This document shows positions 59,898-64,000 of a stretch of 64,000 bases of DNA, in pieces. Location of the stretch: assembly GCA_964188305.1 (NCBI GenBank), contig OZ076894.1. One strand, written 5' to 3'. Numbering within the stretch: the stretch's first letter is position 1; the number at the start of each line of letters is the position of its first letter. The notes beneath the pieces are model-generated. The model made no database searches and had not been told where the DNA came from. It saw nothing but the letters and a program-made list of their open reading frames with translations. Origin of the DNA: Podarcis bocagei. Lineage: Eukaryota. The position numbers were made by a program, and so were the translations under genes.

Positions 59898-61191
59898 ACA
59901 CAACTTACAAAATTAAGACATCCCACTTACCAAATACATGTTGAAAGGCAGGGCATGTTGAAAGGCAGGGTGTGTGTGTTGAGTGTGTGTATACTGTATA
60001 TATGCAGTATCTGACATGCAGTATCTGTACATGCATTCAATTTTGCTATGAGATATTCCTTCTCAGCAACTGCCTTCACAGTACCCCCTGACTGTTTCCT
60101 AAATTCCCAGGAGTCTGAAAAAAGCAATTTGTGGATTTGGTAATAGGAATTGTAGGTCAAAATTCTCTGCATTATCAGCAGGTTCCTGTACACAATTCTC
60201 ATGTCAGCTTTGAAGGTGTGTGGACTATTGATAAACTTGAACTCATGTCATATCTTCAAAATGTCTTCACTTCTTTTAACTGGTGTAAAACCATTTCACC
60301 TCCAATTTCCGTACTGGGTGGCGCATCCTCTTTTGTAACAACCCATATTCTTTACTAGGGAGCAATGAATGCAGCTATTTAAATAACTCATCAGGTCTAA
60401 ATCAAGCAACTCTTTAAGAATTAATCATCTGAATACAAGTCACACACACGTTCACCCCATGTATTTTAGCTGTCTTAATAATCATCTGCCTGTGATCAAA
60501 TACCTCTTGCTCCGAATCACTGTGCCAGTTTCGGGAAACCGGCACTTAGAAAGTGATATGCTAAGGTGAATAAGGTAATATGGCAATGGTAGCTCTATCA
60601 GATATCACTCAGTTTATGCACATACTGTATTAAATGTATTATAAACTGCTTTTACTTTACAGTGCTTACAAGCAGGTTTCCTCAAGCTGGTGCCCTCCAT
60701 ACTTTTTTGGATTCCAACTCATGACCACTGAAACGTCTGGAAGAAAGACTGCTTTGGAGAATTTACTTTAGTCTAACTCAGGAGTGGCGCTGCAGACTCA
60801 CTCTCTCAATGCCAACACCATTACTACTTACCTGAGTGGTGAGTGGGCATGGTAGTAGTGAGATCAGGACTGTGCTGGCACAACAACAATGGAGGCAATG
60901 AACTCTATCCATTGGTGTGCCTGGGCATCCTTGATCTGACTACTGCCTTGCCCTGTCCAGAGAAGCAGTGACACTGGTGTCAGGAGGACACCGCTCCACT
61001 GTGCCAGCCACTTCTAACTTAACTATAGCTCTACTATTATTCATATTTAGAGATGTACAAATCAGGCTACTTCTGGTTCATGTCACTCTTGTATTCACAA
61101 ATAAGCCCTTGCTATCCCATTTCCACTTTTTCTGCATTTTTTCAGAACCTGCATGAAAATTTACTTTTAAATGTACCTTTCTTCTCAATAT

Positions 61192-61614
61192 TTGGGATGA
61201 ATTAATCTATCAATCTCAGTTTCTCCCTGTTTCTGATTTTTCCATCTTCAGTTTCCTACATTTCCACATCAGTTTGTGTGTGCTTTTTAAAGAAAATAAG
61301 ATCCTCAAGAAAATTCATCTGAATTTTAACGTGAATTTCTTCCAATACACACAAAAAAAATTACAAAGCATATTTCCCCTAATAATAAAGCATTTCGTAT
61401 GTTACTTTCACTAATATATATGCATTTTAATGTACACTTATTTTAGTACATGAAGTTTTGTACACATTACTTGGCTGAAGAACTGCATTGCAAAATTCTG
61501 AGAACTGGAATTTTGAAGATTGGCTGTGTTTTGGTTCATATATTGTTTTGGAAGGTGTAAATTGGGTAGCTTTGGTCTTAAATGAAATGGAATTTAATTT
61601 CTCCCCCATCCCTA
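61192..61614. mobile_element. Old non-autonomous DNA-transposon-like repeat, same family as 548-934
   Basis: Ends gggatg...catcccta; collinear with 548-934. Confidence 0.55.
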
Positions 61615-62044
61615 CTCAAAATACACATTTATAAATATATTCTGATACTAAGAATTTTCTGAGAGTAAGACCCATTGACCTCAATCAATCTTCCCTCTGA
61701 GTAGACACCAAGCGCTTCATCAAATCCTCATCTTTCCTCATCAGGTCTCTCTATCTATTGTATAGGAATAAGGATGCTTGCTTAATTTGATGGTTGTGAA
61801 TTTTGATATGACCTGACCTGCTCTATACCTTTCAGATGATTGCAACTTGTAGAACTGTGCTGTCAGTTCCAATCTGGAAGGTGTGCATCACGTCAGTTCA
61901 TATCAGAATTCACAGCAGTCAAATTAAGCAAGCACCCTTATTCCCGATCTACAGAGAGAGACTTGATGAAAACTTAATGGAAGTTCAATACTAGCATTAG
62001 CCAGCTCACTATTAGACTGTTTGTACCAAAACTTCAGATTTTAC

Positions 62045-62242
62045 CTTGGTAGCCAAAGAGTGTGCTGCACCTGCTTCCAAAAGAACTGATGCTACATCAA
62101 CTTGACCTTCTCGGGCAGAGATGTGCAGCGGTGTATACCCATTAGTAGTTGCTGCATCTGGGTGTGCCATGTGTTGCAGTAACAGCTGGACAATTTCTGT
62201 TTTACCCAAGCGAGAGGCAATATGCAATGGAGTCTGTTCCTC
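62045..62242 (-). CDS. ANK2: ANK2 exon, two ankyrin repeats ([14 protein letters not shown]...[10 protein letters not shown])
   Basis: 198 nt, acceptor ttgtag, donor AAG|gtaaaa, TPLH motifs. Confidence 0.95.
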
Positions 62243-62502
62243 CTACAACTCAAAGAAGGACAGAAGTTAGAGTGGGACTGTTGTTATTAAAGATGAAGCC
62301 TCATTTCCCCCAGTTTCAAATAATTATTCTAGATGTGTTCAAAAGGTAGATACATACGGAATGTTTTCTCCACTACAAATAAATCTACAAAATCACCCAA
62401 GGGCTGGGAGTGGGGGGCAGGGGGACGACCTGTAGATAGCACACTCAGAAACTCTTCTGCTTTTGTAATAAAGTGCAGAGGCAGATATATGAAAACACCT
62501 AC

Positions 62503-62601
62503 CCTTGCTCGGGCATCAACTAGTGCACCATTCCTCAGGAGGCAGCGCACCACTTCCACCTGTCCTGCACGAGCAGCCATATGCAATGCAGTCTCACCAC
62601 G
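62503..62601 (-). CDS. ANK2: ANK2 exon, one ankyrin repeat ([33 protein letters not shown])
   Basis: 99 nt, acceptor tttttccag, donor AGG|gtaggt, phase 0-0. Confidence 0.95.
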
Positions 62602-62827
62602 CTGGAAAAAACAAACCCCAGATTTTTTAATGTGTTAGCCACCCGAATGAAAACCTTATTAGTTTCATTCATACTGGTCAATGTTCAGTGCAATGGAAGC
62701 AAAGCCTCTACTCCTAATATCCAAAATGTCACTAATGCAAAGCTAGTCAGAACGTAAGAAAACTATGCTGGATTTGGCCAATGGCCCATCTAGTTCAGCA
62801 TCCTGTTCTTCCATTGGTCAACCAGAT

Positions 62828-63089
62828 GAAGAAGAAGAAGAAGAAGAAGAAGAGTTTGGATTTGATATCCCGCCTTTCACTCCCCTTCAGGAGTCTCAAA
62901 GTGGCTAACATTCTCCTTTCCCTTCCTCCCCCACAACAAACACTCTGTGAGGTGAGTGGGGCTGAGAGACTTCAAAGAAGTGTGACTAGCCCAAGGTCAC
63001 CCAGCAGCTGCATGTGGAGGAGCAGAGATGCGAACCCAGTTCCCCAGATTACAAGACTACCGCTCTTAACCACTACACCACACTGGCTC
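62828..63089 (-). mobile_element. Young tRNA-derived SINE (Squam3/POM-like) with longer (CTT)n tail, nested in an older CR1-type 3' fragment (about 62750-63190)
   Basis: Near-identical to the other two copies; flanks ggccaatggcccatctagttcagcatcctgttc and ccagcaattggtatt...ccatggaggcaga. Confidence 0.85.
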
Positions 63090-63345
63090 CCAATGCCTGC
63101 AGAAAGTCTGCAACATGAGTGCAAGAGCTCTGTGATCTCCAGCAATTGGTATTTGGCGGCAATGCCTCTGACCATGGAGGCAGACTATGAGTGAATATCC
63201 TCCTAGTGGTGCAGCAATAAAAGTGCTAGCACATTTGCAAAGCTAAGAAAGATCCAATATGGTTTCAAATTGGATGGGTGACCATGCACTGAGATTCCTG
63301 CATTGCATGGGGTTACACTAGATAACCCTCAGGGTCCCTTCCAAC

Positions 63346-63487
63346 CAGTGCTTTTTTCTAGAAAAATAGGTGCTGGTACTCACCATGAAGTTGTTACAGT
63401 AAGTGTCACAATTTTTAACAACAACCACAACCAAAAACAGTGCCTGTACTGCGTACCCTTGAGTTCCCCCTGGAAAAACCCCCACTG
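63346..63487. mobile_element. Probable hAT-type MITE
   Basis: Imperfect TIRs cagtgcttttttctag / ctggaaaaacccccactg. Confidence 0.5.
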
Positions 63488-64000
63488 CTTTCAGCTATGA
63501 TTCCATTTAGCAATTCCTCCTAAAATGCCACTGTTGAGCATGTCTTTGAGAGCCATATATCTAGAAACAAGAGGCTAGATTAATCTTCACCAATGGGGGG
63601 GCACTATCCCTCCAGCCAGAGAACCTGGCGGTGCTGTACTTGGACTTATGATGACATCACTGAAGACCCAGAAGGAGGATAGGGGTGGTTGGGCCCCTTT
63701 AATCGAAGCAGCTCCTTTCTGCTTTGGGACTAACACTTAGGATGCACCTATTGCTGCTTTTATATAGGGCTCAGTTTGCTCCTTGCTGAAGTAACACTGA
63801 AGTGCTATGTTTCTAGAGCACAGCCTGAGCCCTGATTCAGTGGGAACCCTTCCCCTCACCTTGAACTAGCACATTTTGCCCAGTATCTAGCCTGAATCTC
63901 ACCCTATACCCAGCCTGAGTTCTGCTTTGCCTCACGCATCACCATCTCAATGATGTCTCTGCCAGCAGACCAAATAGGATGGAGATGTGGACAGGAGAGG

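Larger units (their letters stand above)
173..62601 (-). other. ANK2: ANK2 (ankyrin-B) gene body, partial: ankyrin repeats through death domain and C-terminal tail; both gene ends lie outside the window
   Basis: Chain of GT-AG exons with compatible phases. Translations match ankyrin-B hallmark segments ([48 protein letters not shown]; [19 protein letters not shown]; giant exon start [38 protein letters not shown]). Confidence 0.97.

Noticed and set aside
60820-60850. CAG|GTAAGT recursive-site-like motif
   Set aside because: It sits in repeat-like sequence in a short intron, with a weak pyrimidine tract.

Overview
This is eukaryotic (vertebrate) genomic DNA, most likely from a squamate lizard; the lacertid-type SINE, L2, CR1 and MITE repeats suggest this. 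The whole window lies inside one minus-strand gene, ANK2 (ankyrin-2 / ankyrin-B). I traced a continuous, phase-consistent GT-AG exon chain from 62601 down to 173. It covers the C-terminal half of the ankyrin-repeat domain (99/198-nt exons), the linker, ZU5A-ZU5B-UPA, a 5997-nt giant exon (giant ankyrin-B), the death domain and the start of the C-terminal regulatory tail. The 5' and 3' ends of the gene lie outside the window, and there is one 135-nt assembly gap. I see no prokaryotic-type system (no CRISPR array, no operon). Four things deserve a second look. (1) The giant-exon tandem repeat has a 9-aa (27-nt) period rather than the 12-aa period I recall for mammals. (2) A dense set of hidden microexons and cassette exons (9, 12, 12, 36, 42, 57 nt) and candidate poison exons is not shown as such in the ORF track. 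(3) Two candidate internal first exons would give ankyrin-B isoforms lacking the membrane-binding domain. (4) A young CpG-rich TA-flanked MITE carries a 99-bp tandem array made almost entirely of hairpins. All novel-exon calls come from splice signals and reading phase read by eye and need RNA-seq or conservation support.
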